A DNA stretch of 64,000 nucleotides, from assembly GCA_951406725.2 (NCBI GenBank), contig OX597824.1, forward strand, positions 32,612,001 through 32,676,000, in the 5' to 3' direction. Below are positions 27,438 to 41,323 of the stretch, piece by piece. A model generated the notes under the pieces. It saw only the letters and a program-made list of their open reading frames with translations. It was not told the origin of the DNA and searched no databases. The translations under genes were made by a program, and so were the position numbers. The stretch's first letter is position 1. Each line of letters opens with the position of its first letter. Source of the stretch: Octopus vulgaris. Its lineage: Eukaryota.

Positions 27438-27808
27438 CTGTTATATTTTAGTAACATAAATCCTTTCATCTAAGTTTTCTACAATGTGCATATATGTGTG
27501 TGTATGTCTGCATGTATATGTCATGCTAATACCATGCCATGATGCATGTGTGTATATGCATGTATGTGTGTAGACTAGAGAGATGGGTACCTCTTGAACT
27601 TTTGTCAACAATTGTGGGGAAGGAAAGACCTGAGCAGTGAATGAATTTCAGTAGGGTGATGTTCTGACAAGTAAAAACTGGGCATAATAACTAATGCACC
27701 AATTGGTGGTGAGTGTGGAGACAGCACTGGTGATGAGAAGAGAAAATATAAGAGGCATGTGTGTATATGTCTATGTGTCTGTGTATATGTCTATGTGTCT
27801 GTGGGTTG

Positions 27809-28050
27809 AGGCATATGGCTTAGTGGTTAGGGTGTTGGATTTATGATTGTAAGGTTGTGGTTTCAATTCCTGGACCAGGTGACTCATTGAGTTCTTGGGC
27901 AAAACACTTTATTTCACGTTGCTCCAGTCCACTAAGCTAGCAAAAATAAGTAATCCTGTGATGGACTGGCATCCCATCAAGGTGGAGAATGTATAGGCCA
28001 GGGAAACTGAGGAACCAGCCCTTATGAGTCTACAAGACTTGGAAAGGAAC
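27809..28050 (+). mobile_element. tRNA-derived SINE family D
   Basis: tggcttagtggttagggtg...gtttcaattcctggacc...ttgctccagtccact; related copies at ~48800 and ~62420. Confidence 0.8.
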
Positions 28051-29189
28051 TTTACATTGTTTTTATATGTCTGTGTGTGTATGTCATGTTTATACCATGA
28101 TGCATGTGCATATATGCACTAGTATGCACATATATCATATCTACACCCTACCATGCTAGGGACAGCCCCCTTAACTCTTTGATGAAGTCATAGGGATGAT
28201 GTTATGACATACAGCATGTCTTGAGCACTGTTAGACCTGACAGAGCTCATCCCTCTTCAGGTCTGACCACAGCTGATTATCTCCAGAAGAGAAAGTGTGA
28301 GAAAAAAAAAAGAATCGACCCCAGTACATCACTGGTGTTTTATTTATTGACCCCCAAAAGGATAAAAGGCAAAAAATGACCTCAGTGTACAAAAAGCTGG
28401 AAAATTACATCTAAGCAATTTATCTAATGCTTTAACAATTCAGCCAACTGCTTGATTTTCTATCAGTCTGCTTCAACACTACAGACCCTTCCATCTTTTT
28501 ATATCTGCCTCAACTATAACCCAGCGAGTACTTCTGGCTTTCTACATGTCTGCCTTAATCCTAATTCTAACACTTTTGGATAGAGCTTATCTGGATTTGT
28601 GAGGCTGATTCTCCCAGTCTGAAGGAGACACCAGTCCACAGGAGTGGAGAAGTGTGGAATAAAAATTTTTATTCCAGGATACAATGAGCCACCTGATCCA
28701 AGAATAGAACCCAAAACATAATGATTGCAAGTCTGACATGCTAACCACAAGGCTACATAACTTCACACATGTTATGTTTTTGTCGAGAGTCTAAAGAATG
28801 CTGTGGTTTCTGTTTAATGTCTCTTTACAGTCTTCATCGGTACTGGTTCATAATCTCATAGAATTTAATCAATTTGTAAATGGTGTTCATGTTTTTATTG
28901 TACAAAGAAATTAGCAGTTAAACAAGATGATATAAAAAAAACTCCCAATATTAGTAAAAATCTCATGGGCAACTAAATATACATGTATATGTTCATACAT
29001 ACACACACTATTTACATGGTGCCAGCAGGGATGCTTTTTATGTGATGCCAGCATTTTTATGATATGATCTGACTGACAATTGATTCAATTTTGTTTTTGA
29101 CCAACAGTTTTTAATAAATTGGATTTCTCTCAACAGTCTACAGATCATTTTACAACCATATACCTGCATCTAATTTATTTTCAGCCTTC

Positions 29190-29420
29190 ATAAAATCTTC
29201 TCCATTCAATGTATGTGTTTTACTACTCTGCAAATATCACACTTCGAAAATATGCCTTTCACTTTGAGAGAAAATGCCTTTATTGCAAGTAGAGGCAACA
29301 GTAACTCTCAAGTCTTTTCTAATGCTTTTTAAAATTTTGGTTTCTATAATTTCAGAAAGCCCACCGTATATACACCTGATTAGATCATCCAGGTAACAGA
29401 AGCTGCCAAATATCTCTAGG
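29190..29420 (-). mobile_element. Degraded RTE ORF fragment
   Basis: SFCYLDDLI...LLLPLLAIKAFSLKVKG, homologous to the RTE segment at 36.3-36.6 kb. Confidence 0.6.
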
Positions 29421-30112
29421 AGAGCCTCTGAGTATTTAAAAGAATTTATTTCACCAATGCTCTTATTGCTAACTACTCCTGTGGGTCTGCTACTTATGAA
29501 GTCTTTAGAGAGGATGTCCCTATCTGCTTGAAACTATATGGGACCCTAAAACAATAAATGAAAGCAAGGTACATGTTACAAAGCCTTACTTGCTCACAGC
29601 TTATTGCTGGCTGTTCTTTACACCCTTTGTGTACACAGATATGCTTATGTATATCTATTTATATTCAAGGATACTCATAATGGTTGGCATTGTAAAGACT
29701 TGTATTAGTAGGAAAAATCAACAGAAATAGTACAGAGAAATTGCTAAGGGAAGCTGGCTTTCTTTTTTCTTTTTTCCCTCATTCTCATCTCTAACATAGG
29801 ATATTCCATCCTTCACAACAATTCCTATTTAGTATTTCTGTCATTCTTTTCATATAGATATGTGTATGTGTACATAAATATACATGGATATGTGTGTGTG
29901 TGTGTGTGTGTGCGTGTGTGTGTGTGTATGTGAGCGTGTACATGTGCGTGTGAGTAAATAAATGCTTGTTTTTATGTTCAGTTATAATAAAAACAATTTT
30001 CCATTAACCTGATGAGTTACTCTTGAGTATAAATTTATTATTTTTAAACGAGAATATTATTCACAATAACTTCAAAGTTTCAATCACTTAAGCCATCACT
30101 GGACTGCAATAC

Positions 30113-30162
<50 letters not shown>

Positions 30163-30250
30163 TAGTATATCTGTCTATCTATTTATCTAACTAGCTATCT
30201 ATATATTTATGTATATATCTGTAAGTATGCATGCATGTATTTCTCTCTCA

Positions 30251-30284
<34 letters not shown>

Positions 30285-30292
30285 ATCTCTAG

Positions 30293-30330
<38 letters not shown>

Positions 30331-30364
30331 GTACATACATGCATGCATATTTCTAGTTTCTTGT

Positions 30365-31030
30365 TATGGAGGAAGAGACAATGCTCCTGCCTTTCCCCAC
30401 CCTACCAGTAGACTAGAGAGATGGGTACCTCTTGAACTTTTGTCTGTCAACAATTGTGATGAAGGAAGGACTTCAGCAGCGAATGAATTTCCGTAGGGTG
30501 ATGTTCTGACAAGTAAAAACTGGGCATAATAACTAATGCACCAATTGGTGGTGAGTGTGGAGACAGCACTGGTGATGAGAAGAGAAGATATAAGAGGCAC
30601 AGAAATGCTTGAGTGGAGGTGGAATGAATTCAACTGATCTGAGGAGCAGAGGCCATTATAGTAGGGACACAAAAGAGAGTGCATTTGTGAGGCAGAGGTG
30701 GAGGGGTGCATGTCAGCTGATGACTTTAAGACTGTCAGTCAGGTGTCCCTTTTCTGGATGCAGTTTAAGACGTCTGTGCATGCAACAACAGTGCCATCTT
30801 AGGGTAAAGTAATATTCCATTTAAATCTCACCTGAATTTTGTTGAATATCAATATATTTTGCAAAAAAAGAGTGCTGAAGTACTTTCTGACTCTGAAGAC
30901 AGAGCAAGTCATTGGGATGTAGACCTAGGTTTGTGAAAGATGTCCCTTCACCAAGAGAGGACCCTCTGTGATAGCAAGACCCAAGAGCTGGAGTGGTTGG
31001 GAAGGTTCTAGCTGAGTGCTGCATGCAACC
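30365..31030 (-). mobile_element. CR1/L2/Crack-like LINE 3' relic
   Basis: SLLCPYYNGLCSS...HY.Q.F..RTS..WN-type terminal ORF2 motif, heavily frameshifted. Confidence 0.5.
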
Positions 31031-31944
31031 ATGCAAAACCAGTCTCTACATTAACAATGCTATTACTACAACCCATGTCACAATACACAAAACTTCAGCT
31101 GCTTGTCTTCTACCTTCCTATATTGTATCATCTGCAAACCTAGTCTAAGGAAACTGGCAGCCACCTTGCCAATCCCTTATGTGAACATATTTAAAACTCA
31201 CTGCTGCATATGCCAGCTCAACCTGTCATCAACCATTTCACCACAGTGAATCATTCCATAACTCCTTTATCTCTGTGTGGCACCTTTACACATCATGACA
31301 CAAACAGAAGCAATGCCTTTTAATATTCAAACACAGAATCAAAAATCAAAATATTGATGGCTTTAAACGAATGCTTTTTTTTTCTTTTATTTCTTCACCC
31401 ATTCTTAGTTTGATAATCCCATTCTTACCCTCAAATCATCTCACACCCCAGTTTTCCTCTCCACTTTATCCATGCCTACTTCACGTCTCATTCTCTTTCT
31501 CTTTCTCCCTCTCTCACATTACCATATCACAATGTCATCATACATAAATTGAAGGGAAATTTACTCTTGAGTTGGAGACCACATCCGCTAGTGATGTGGG
31601 GCATAGACTAAGAGAGAAGAGTTGTGAGTGCCTTTAAATTATGTCAGTCTTCCAAACATCACGGTAACTACCTGAATCATAAAATTAATGAAACTCACAT
31701 GCATACATACATGAATAAGCAAAATATACTCTGTTGTACTAACTATGAGAAAAAGAAAACTCAGTACGCTTTTAGAGGAAACATTTACTGTGGAAATAGA
31801 AATTTCACTGCCTCAAAGTGGCCAGGGTTTTCATCTTGGGTGAGAATCTTGGGTGGACTAGTGAAGACTTGAAAAATGGACAGCACACTAAAAATGCATG
31901 GCTGTGAGGTTAAGAAGCTTGCTTTGCAACCCTCTGGTTTCAGG

Positions 31945-32315
31945 TTGTGCAGAAAGGTATCTTACCTAGTGATTAATATAACAGCATAATAGTCAACTGT
32001 TACAAGGACAAAAGAGATGCCTTAGGTAAAATAATTACAGAGACATCAAACTACTGAACCAGATTATGAAAGTATAGAAAGAGACATTTTTTTGTCTGGG
32101 AGAAGCACTACTGATGCTATCTTTCTATTAAGGCAACTGCAGGAGAAGCATTTAGTTAAAAATAAATTGCTGTACTTGGTATTTATTGACATGGAGAAAG
32201 CCTTTGACAGGATACCCCACTTCTTTATCTGGTGGTCACCTCAGGAGCTACGGGTGGACAAATGACTTGTGAGAGCCATTCAGGCCATGTACAAGTGTGT
32301 TGTCAGTAAGGTGAC
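31945..32315 (+). mobile_element. RTE reverse transcriptase fragment
   Basis: NNYRDIKLL...GRSTTDAIFLLRQLQEKHLVKNKLLYLVFIDMEKAFDRIP. Confidence 0.85.
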
Positions 32316-32391
32316 ATCGCCTGGTCCAGGAATCGAAATCACAATCTTACGATCATGAGTCCAACACCCTAACCACTAACTCACATGCCTC

Positions 32392-32437
<46 letters not shown>

Positions 32438-32758
32438 AAATTAGAAAAAACCCACCTTCTATCAATTCAATAATGAAAATTTAAATTATACCAACTAGAA
32501 AATTACATATTATAGAAAGATTAATTTATATATATGTATATTATATTTTGTGAAATTTGATTTAGTATTTCTAAATTGAATTTTTCCCTGTAAGTTTGGA
32601 ATAATATTTCCTCATATTCATCATCATCATCATTTAACGTCTGTTTTCCATGCTAGCACGGGTTGGATGGTTCGACCAGGGTCTGGGAAACCAGGAGGCA
32701 GCCACCAGGCTCCAGTCTGATCTGGCAGTGTTTCTACAGCTGGATGCCCTTCCTAACA

Positions 32759-32794
<36 letters not shown>

Positions 32795-34417
32795 GGATAA
32801 GAGGATATCAAATTATATAAAATAATAGGTAGGTGCATGCAATTAGTGTTCAGGGTGAATCTTTGCTTAAATTCCAACATTAAATGCTGGGATGTGGTGG
32901 TTGCCTAAATGAACATTGGCTATAGGCAATGTATCGATCAAGCTGGTACATGTCAAATCAAACAGAGGGATAGGCAGGCAAATGACATGTGTCAGGTCAG
33001 ATTATAATGAGTGATATGATTGAATTAATGTAAATATGAGTGCAAGCTTAACCAGGTGAGTATTAAATTAAATACTAAATTTTTTTTTTCCCAGGCATAT
33101 AGATTTTTCTGAAATCTTTCATCATCAGATGTATTTAAAGATATACACAGAAATATCAGTATGGATCTTTTCTGTTGCTACCACAGTTTTTTAAATTTCT
33201 AAATTAAGTGAAAATTTTCAAATTTGATATATTGATGAAATTTTTTGTGCTGCATTGGATTTTGTTATTCACTTGTTCCGGAAAAATTTTAGAAAAATGT
33301 TACAGAGGATTAAAGTGTGATCATTTTTACCCAGTCAGAAAACAGGATTTGGAAGCTGGTACTTTCTGCATGATAGCTGTATAGCACAACATTATGAATA
33401 CAAATTTGTGTTAAACAAACTGGATGTTACACTAATGTAATAATAATTCTGTTCATGTAAACAGAATAAACAACACTCTCAGAGTGGTTGGTGCTAGGAA
33501 AGACATCCAGCAGTAGAAACTTTGCCAGATCAGATTGGAGTTTGGTGCAGCCATCTGGTTTGCTAAACCTCAGTCAAATCGTCCAACCCATGCTAGCATG
33601 GAAAGTGGACATTAAACGATGATGATGATGATGATGATGATGTAAACAATTAATACATTTTTTGTAGTAAAAATTCCAAAATGAAAGTCTGAGTAAAAAT
33701 TCCAAATGAAAGTCAGAGTTTCTCCTGAAACAAATTTCAATTTTCATATCTCCTCTGCTATATAAATTGCAGAAATATGACTCAACCATAGAATGATGGG
33801 TCCCACAGCATCATTTATTCCTTCAATTTACAAAGGCCCATGTTCTTTTTTCTACTTGTTGCATGTGGGTACCATCTTCCAAATTAATAAATTCAATGCT
33901 GTGGTTCACCATTCTATTTCCAGAATTATAACCATCAATTTCAGGAATGTGAGAATAGGTCCTCAACAAGTCACTGAAAATTGTAGTTCCTGGAAGAAGC
34001 GACTAATGTATATATTCCTCTAGTGTGTCATGATTCTGACATGGTGCTACATAAAGAAAAACATGTCTGGTCTTGTAACACATTCCCTTAAAATCCCACT
34101 GTTCAGGCATCCCCTTTTCCATTTTCTGTTTCCCTCATCAATTATAAACCAAACAAACACTTCAGAATTCCTGATGCAGATTCAGTGAAAATTATACCAT
34201 AACTGTAGATGACATCAGATAGCCCAAGCAGTGAAAGTGCTTTAATCGGCATATTAATAGACATATACCCAAAGTCCAAATAATTACTTACACACACACA
34301 CACACATGTATATATGTATAGAATCTGGTTATCCATACCAGTTGTACTTTCTAAATAAAATTTTCACTCGTCTTAAGAGTTTTAATACTAAAAATACAAA
34401 TTGCATAAAACATTTAC

Positions 34418-34519
34418 CCTTGAAGCGTGGGAAGCTGATGTGACCATCTCTTGTAAAGCTCTGACTGAGAGAGCTTGTTCCAGAACAAAGGCACATACTG
34501 ACATATCAGGTGGTACATC
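34418..34519 (-). CDS. RyR: Ryanodine receptor exon (equivalent to exon 3)
   Basis: ttttattgcag|GATGTA...TCAAGG|gtaaat; 102 nt, phase 0-0; [34 protein letters not shown] matches RyR [24 protein letters not shown]. Confidence 0.97.
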
Positions 34520-34663
34520 CTGCAATAAAAAAATAAAGAAATAAGAAACTTAATGACTGATATCATACATTGTTTTACATCTCAATAAAGTATCAAAATT
34601 ATAATGAGAGAAAAAAAAACTATTTCATTATCCAGAATGAGGTGATTGGGCACAGCTATTTAG

Positions 34664-34838
34664 ATGGTAATCATTTGGTATTTTTGAACTTTGATGATAG
34701 ATCTGGTAACAATGAATATTTTTTACTAAGGATATTCCTGAATTTTTCGACGATGGAAATGGTAATCATTTGGTATTGTTGAACTTTGATGATAGATCTG
34801 GTAACAACGAATATTCTTTATTAAGGATATTCCTGAAT
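34664..34838. repeat. Direct duplication of ~80 bp (period 95)
   Basis: atggtaatcatttggta...ggatattcctgaat at 34664 and 34759. Confidence 0.9.
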
Positions 34839-35344
34839 CCTCCCTCTCTGAAGATGGAATAGTTGGCCTTTGTGTGGAAATCTTTGCTCACTGTAATAAG
34901 CCCCTTATGTACCATATGCACAACTATTCTAGAAACAGCTGTAAAACACTTTATGTATGCATGACTTCTTAATCCCTTATTTACTCTGTAATTATGCTTG
35001 AATTATAAATTTCGAGCTTTAAAGTGATAACACATGTTATGCTTGTTCATTCTTTCTTTCATATATGTTTCTACCTACTCAGTGAGGAACCTCTTATAGT
35101 CATTCATTGCTACAACACCAGTTCTGTTATGTTCTGTTATATTATGTTTAATTGCAGTTCAATTAAACCAACCTAAGCACTTATTGTACATACCTATTAC
35201 ATTATGTCATTAGATGCAATCTCATATATATATAGATTCAGATGAATATGGTACTTAAGTCAAAGGCACCAGAATTTTGTATGGTATTATCCATATAAAT
35301 CCACAGGGTGTGGATATACTTGTTGCTTATTTTGAATACATATA

Positions 35345-35590
35345 TTCTTTTTATCCTTTTATTTGTTTCAGTCATATGACTGTGGCCATGCTGAAGTATC
35401 ACTTTTAGTCGAACAAATTGACTCCAGAACTTATTCTTTGTGAGCCGAGTACTTATTCTATTGGTCTCTTTAGCTGAACTGCTAACTTATGGAGATGTAA
35501 ACACACTAACATCGCTTGTCAAACAATGGTGAGGGGACAAACACAGCACACAAATACATACGTACATACATACATACATACATACATACA

Positions 35591-35621
<31 letters not shown>

Positions 35622-35800
35622 TTATATATATACATGATGGGCTTCTTTCAGTTTCTGTCTACTAAATCCACTCACAAGGCTTTGGTCAGCCCTAGGCTAT
35701 AGTAGAAGACATTTGCCCAAGGTGTCATGCAGTTGGCCTGAACCCAGAAGCATGTGATTGGGAAGAAAGCTTTTTACCACCCAGCCACTCATCTGCCTAC
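35345..35800 (-). mobile_element. SINE family A, full length, internal (CATA)n
   Basis: Head and tail both present. Confidence 0.85.
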
Positions 35801-35818
35801 ACACACACACACACACAC

Positions 35819-35871
<53 letters not shown>

Positions 35872-35887
35872 ATTATTATTGTTGTTA

Positions 35888-35945
<58 letters not shown>

Positions 35946-35948
35946 TAC

Positions 35949-35987
<39 letters not shown>

Positions 35988-36124
35988 CATTATTATTATT
36001 ATTATTATTTGCTTTATTCACTGAGGCCAATTTTAACACATATTCCAGATTCATGTATGTGTGTCAGCAAGGTCTGGAATTACAGACAAATTACTGATTC
36101 CTTTAGGGCAATAGGCCTGCTTGA

Positions 36125-37000
36125 TATGTAGAAAAGGTGTTGGTAGAAACTCCATACAGTGTAATCAGTACAAGCTATGGACACTTAAGAGGTGAAGTGG
36201 TATCATAAGAATGCTAACAGAGAAAGTAGTGTTTATATGCAGCAGATGTGCAGGTACATTAAACACTTGGAATGTGTGCAGAAAATAGACTCCCTCAAAT
36301 GTTCAAGTGGATCCTTAGAAATAGTAGATAGTTTTCATTACCTACAAACTCTCTCTTAGATCAGTGGCCAGCCACGGCAAACTGGACTTAGAGAGGGTAG
36401 CAACAAGGGCGGTGCCCCAGCATGGCCTCAGCCGGATGGCTGAAACAAGTAAAAGAGTAAAAGAGTAAAGAGTATGCAACCAAATTAGCAGTGGAGGAAG
36501 AATCTCTGAAAGCATAGTTGCTAGAATAAGAACAGATTGGGCAAAGTTCAGAGAGCTTTGTTGGCAAAAAGGGCCCCTTCCTCAGAGTGAAAGGCAGATT
36601 GTATGACATCTGTGTATGAGCAGCTATGCTACACTGTAATGAGACATAGGATGTGACTACTCAGGACATGTGAAGGCTTGAAAGAAATGAAACCAGCATG
36701 CTCTGTTGGATGGGTAATTCTTGTGTGTATGTATGACTGAATGTAAATGATTTAAGAGAAAAGTTGGGTACAAGAAGCATCAGATGTGGTGTGCAAGAGA
36801 GAAGACTGCACTGATATGGTCATATGATGCATATGGATGTGGGCAGCTGCACAAAGAAGGGCCAATCTTTAATTGTTGAGGGAACATGCAGAAGGGGAAA
36901 AGGCAATGAGAAAAAGCTCTTCAGACACTAGATCTCACTGAGGAGAACACAACTGAGATTTCTGACGATTTGCTGTGCTAGAGAAGACAAGTCAAACTAA
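36125..37000 (+). mobile_element. RTE LINE ORF 3' part, interrupted by a SINE tail at ~36345-36473
   Basis: CRKGVGRNSIQC...CSRCAG...LEIVDSFHYL...IVARIRTDWAKFREL...LRVKGRLYDICV...RLERNETSML...CGVQERRL. Confidence 0.88.
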
Positions 37001-37473
37001 GTAGAATCATGGCCATCAATACATACAGGCATGTCCCTCTGTCAGCTGAGAAGTCTTTGATTTGTGGGCTTGTGGGTGCTGCTGCTATGTAAAGTGTACC
37101 AGTGTGTAGATGCCACATCAGAAGCACCAATGATGGTGCCACGTAAAGAGCACCCAGTACACTCTGTTAAGTGGTTGGTGTTAGGAAGGGAATCAAGCTG
37201 TAGGGACCATGCCAAAACACACACACACACACAAACACACACACATGTGTGTGTATATATATATGTATATATGTATGTATATGTATGTATCCAGCCGTAG
37301 AAACACTGCCAGATTTGACTGGGCCTGATGAAGCCTTCTGGCTTCACAGACCCCAGTAGAACCGTCCAACCCATGCTAGCATGGAAAACGGAGGCTAAAC
37401 GATGATGATGATGATGATGATGATATATATATATATATATATGTATGTGTGGATATATATATAATATATATAT

Positions 37474-37530
<57 letters not shown>

Positions 37531-37904
37531 CATCAGCAGAGATACCCGGCGTTGCTTGGGATTTAAATGGCATAGTTTCTTATTGTTTTACTTGCTTTGG
37601 TCATGTGGTCATGTGACTGTGGCTATGCTGGAGTACCTTTAGCCGAAGAAATCAACAACAGGATTTATTCTTTGCAAGCATAGTACTTATTCTATCGGTG
37701 TGTTTTGCAAACACCTATGTTATGGGGATGTAAACAAAACAACGGTAGTCAAGTGATGGTGGGGGCACAAACACAGACAGACACTAACACATACGCACAC
37801 TGATTATATATGTATATATATATATATATATATTTATATATGTGCGTGTGTGTGTGTGTGTGTGCATATATATATATATATATACGTATATATACATATA
37901 TAAA

Positions 37905-38245
37905 TATATGAGGTATAAGTTAAAGGTATTAAGCCCTCTAAGGGATAGAAGCATCCAGAGGCACACCTGGTAATTACCTTTGTAAGTATGGTCCTTGGTA
38001 TAAGATATATGGCAGCAGGTAATTTAAAAGGTAAACCGTGGTTTAATGTATATATAGACAATCAGAAAATGGAGGTAAAATAACAAATAGAAGTGTGTCT
38101 TTGCTGCTAAAAAGTCATTATTTAATTAGTTAAGCAAGGTGAAGGTAAGAGTGAGTTTACAGCTGTTACTGTGTACCATATTGAGGTAAATGTGTATTTA
38201 CCTCATTGCAAATGGTAGACACCATCAGAATGAAGAAGGCAGATA
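37905..38245 (-). mobile_element. TA-flanked Penelope-like fragment with a decayed type I hammerhead (38155-38232)
   Basis: Minus strand CTGATGG-[tgtctaccat...atggtacaca stem]-GTAAC-AGCT-GTA. Confidence 0.6.
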
Positions 38246-38296
38246 CACATATATATAGATATATATATACACGTGTATATACATATGTATAGAAGC

Positions 38297-38332
<36 letters not shown>

Positions 38333-38526
38333 ATATATATAATATGTACATATATATATATATATATATATATAATATTCATGTATATATATATATACAT
38401 ACATATATATACATGTATATATACACACATATATATATATATATATACATGTATACATATATTTACATATATATATATATGTAAATATATATATATACAT
38501 TTACATATATATATACATGTATATGT

Positions 38527-38832
38527 GGCGGCGCAATGGCCCAGTGGTTAGGGCAGCGGACTCGCGGTTGTAGGATCGCGGTTTCGATCCCCAGACTGGG
38601 CATTGTGAGAGTTTATTGAGCGGAAACACCTAAAGCTCCACGAGGCTCTGGCAGGGGGTGGTGGCGATCCCTGCTGTACTCTTTTGCCACAACTTTCTCT
38701 CTTTCTTCTGTTGGCCTGCTCACTTAGCCAGCGGGGTGGAGTCATCTGAAGGCTAAAACAATGCGAAGCGCATTGTGACCAGCGATGTGTAGCAACATCT
38801 GATAGCCTGGTCGATCATGGTGATCACAGTGA
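38527..38832 (+). mobile_element. tRNA(Arg)-like SINE family C
   Basis: ggcgcaatggcccagtggttagggcagcggactcgcgg...gtttcgatcccc. Confidence 0.85.
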
Positions 38833-38941
38833 TATACATGTATATATATGTATATATACATGTATATACATATACATACATATAGGTATATATATAGGTA
38901 TATATAAATATGTATATATACAAAAAAAAAAAAAAAATATA

Positions 38942-39001
<60 letters not shown>

Positions 39002-39010
39002 ATATATATA

Positions 39011-39060
<50 letters not shown>

Positions 39061-39120
39061 CCAATATACATGTATATGCATATATATATATAATATATAT
39101 ACATACATAGATACATATAT

Positions 39121-39322
39121 GCATACATACATACATACATACATACATACATACATACATACATACATACATACATACATACATACATACATACATACAT
39201 ACATACATACATACATACATACATACATACATACATACATACATACATACATACATACATACATACATACATACATACATACATACATACATACATACAT
39301 ACATACATACATACATACATAC
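39121..39322. repeat. (CATA)n tetranucleotide microsatellite, about 50 units
   Basis: Direct reading; source of the MYVC ORFs. Confidence 0.97.
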
Positions 39323-40211
39323 AGGCTTCTTTCAGTTTCTGTCTACCAAATCTTCTTAGAAGGTTTTGGTCAGCCAAAGTTATAGCGAAAAACACTTGCC
39401 CCTGGTGCTACACAGTGGGACTGAACCCAGAACCATGTAGTTGTGAAACAAGTTCCTTACCACACAACCATGCCAGGTAAGTAATTTCATACGAGAGTGT
39501 TCTGGGACTAAAATGGTTTGGGTAATGGTTAGAATCATTCAGGCCATTCTTGAATACACACTCCGTGATATTTTTACATTAAAGACACTACACACTATGC
39601 TACACGTATAAATATTTACTATAAAAATGAAATAACATAAAATAGTTTTTGTTTTTATTTTATTTTAAACAGTTTTTGTGGGTTTTTTTTAGCTATTATT
39701 GTGAATAAATACTATATTGTTGCTAGGATTACTTTCGTTTAAAGCAAAGTAATACCCCAGCTGGTAACAGTGAGACATAATTTATAATTTATATATTGAT
39801 ATTGGTGGTAGTGATGATAATATACAGCTCATAAGGCTGCTGAGAGCAGTAGTAGTACCATTGCTGCTGCTGCTACAACAGTTGCTGCTGCTGTTGCTGC
39901 TGATAATCATGTATAACCCTTCCCTTTGTTGTTTCTGGAAAGTTTCCAGTATATCAGCTTGATGTTGCTATTCCTAATTTGGCCAAGCATCTGTGATGAG
40001 TATCTAGTTAGGCTTGTATCTAATATCAGATGTTAAAAATAGTACCATGACTAGCTACAAAAAATACCTCAGCAAGATTAGTGAGAGAGAGAGAGAGAGA
40101 GAAATTAAGATGTGTAGGACTCTTCTGTTCAAAGAACAGCACCTGTGTTTTGTAAATAAAATGTAATGACAACCAATTACTAGAAAAATGTTAACAATGA
40201 TTTATTAAACC

Positions 40212-40251
<40 letters not shown>

Positions 40252-40261
40252 TGTATATATA

Positions 40262-40310
<49 letters not shown>

Positions 40311-41258
40311 ATATATATACATACATGTGTATGTATTTATGCATGCATGTTTGTAGTATGCATGTATGTTTGTATATATATATATATATATATTAGAATT
40401 GCATCGTTTAACTATTCTCTTTTAAACATAGAAGTTTGTAATTAAAAAGTTATTTGTTAAGAGGCAACAATAACTTCTCGTGTTTATTTGTTATTTTAAA
40501 AGATTGGTTAATAACTGGTTTAATAAAAAGAGAGTAAGGCAAAGAATAAGACAACAACCTTATAATGTGGCTGGTGTGAAGGAGAATAAGACTACAATAA
40601 AATCAAAGCTAGGTGAGATGTTAAGAGGGTGGGGGAAAAAAATGGTTCTTTGAGAGAAAAGCAAAAAATAATATAGCAAGTGAAGTATAGAGTTACAGCT
40701 ATATCGGATAAATTTGTGTGTGAAGCGAGTGAGCTGCTGAATACTGGACTGTTGAATAGCTGCATACAAACACATAGGTGATCAGGCAACATTCAACTTC
40801 CTGCAGGAATCATAACATTTATCAAAGATTGTTACCATTTGGGAATGTCAGTTATCTTAAAGTAACAGTTTTCTGATTATCGCATAACTTTCAGTTCAGT
40901 GAAAATGCTATTGATGTAGTTGTGCTATTGTTGTTAGCAACTTGTACTTACAACTTTACATATAATATTTAGAAAGAAAGAATAAAACTAAATAAAAATA
41001 AATAAATAAACAACAAAATTGAAAGTAAGGAAGCCTTTTGCATGGGTAACTTGCCCAACTAGAAATAGCAGCCAAATCTTTTTTTCCATTTACATGCTAA
41101 CAACTTACAAAAGTGGAAAGAAGCATTAAATAACCTTTTCTACTAAAGGCACAAAGCCTGAAATTTTGGTGGAAGGGGACAAGTCAATTACACTGACCCT
41201 GAAAGAATTTAAAGACCAAAGTTGACCTCAGCGAAGCATTAAATAATGTAAATCCTAA

Positions 41259-41320
<62 letters not shown>

Positions 41321-41323
<3 letters not shown>

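Noticed and set aside
30005-30105. CTGATGA as another hammerhead
   Set aside because: No correctly placed GAAA or cleavage triplet after the weak stem
38527-38600. tRNA-Arg gene
   Set aside because: tRNA-like head runs into a SINE body found in other copies; no proper cloverleaf end
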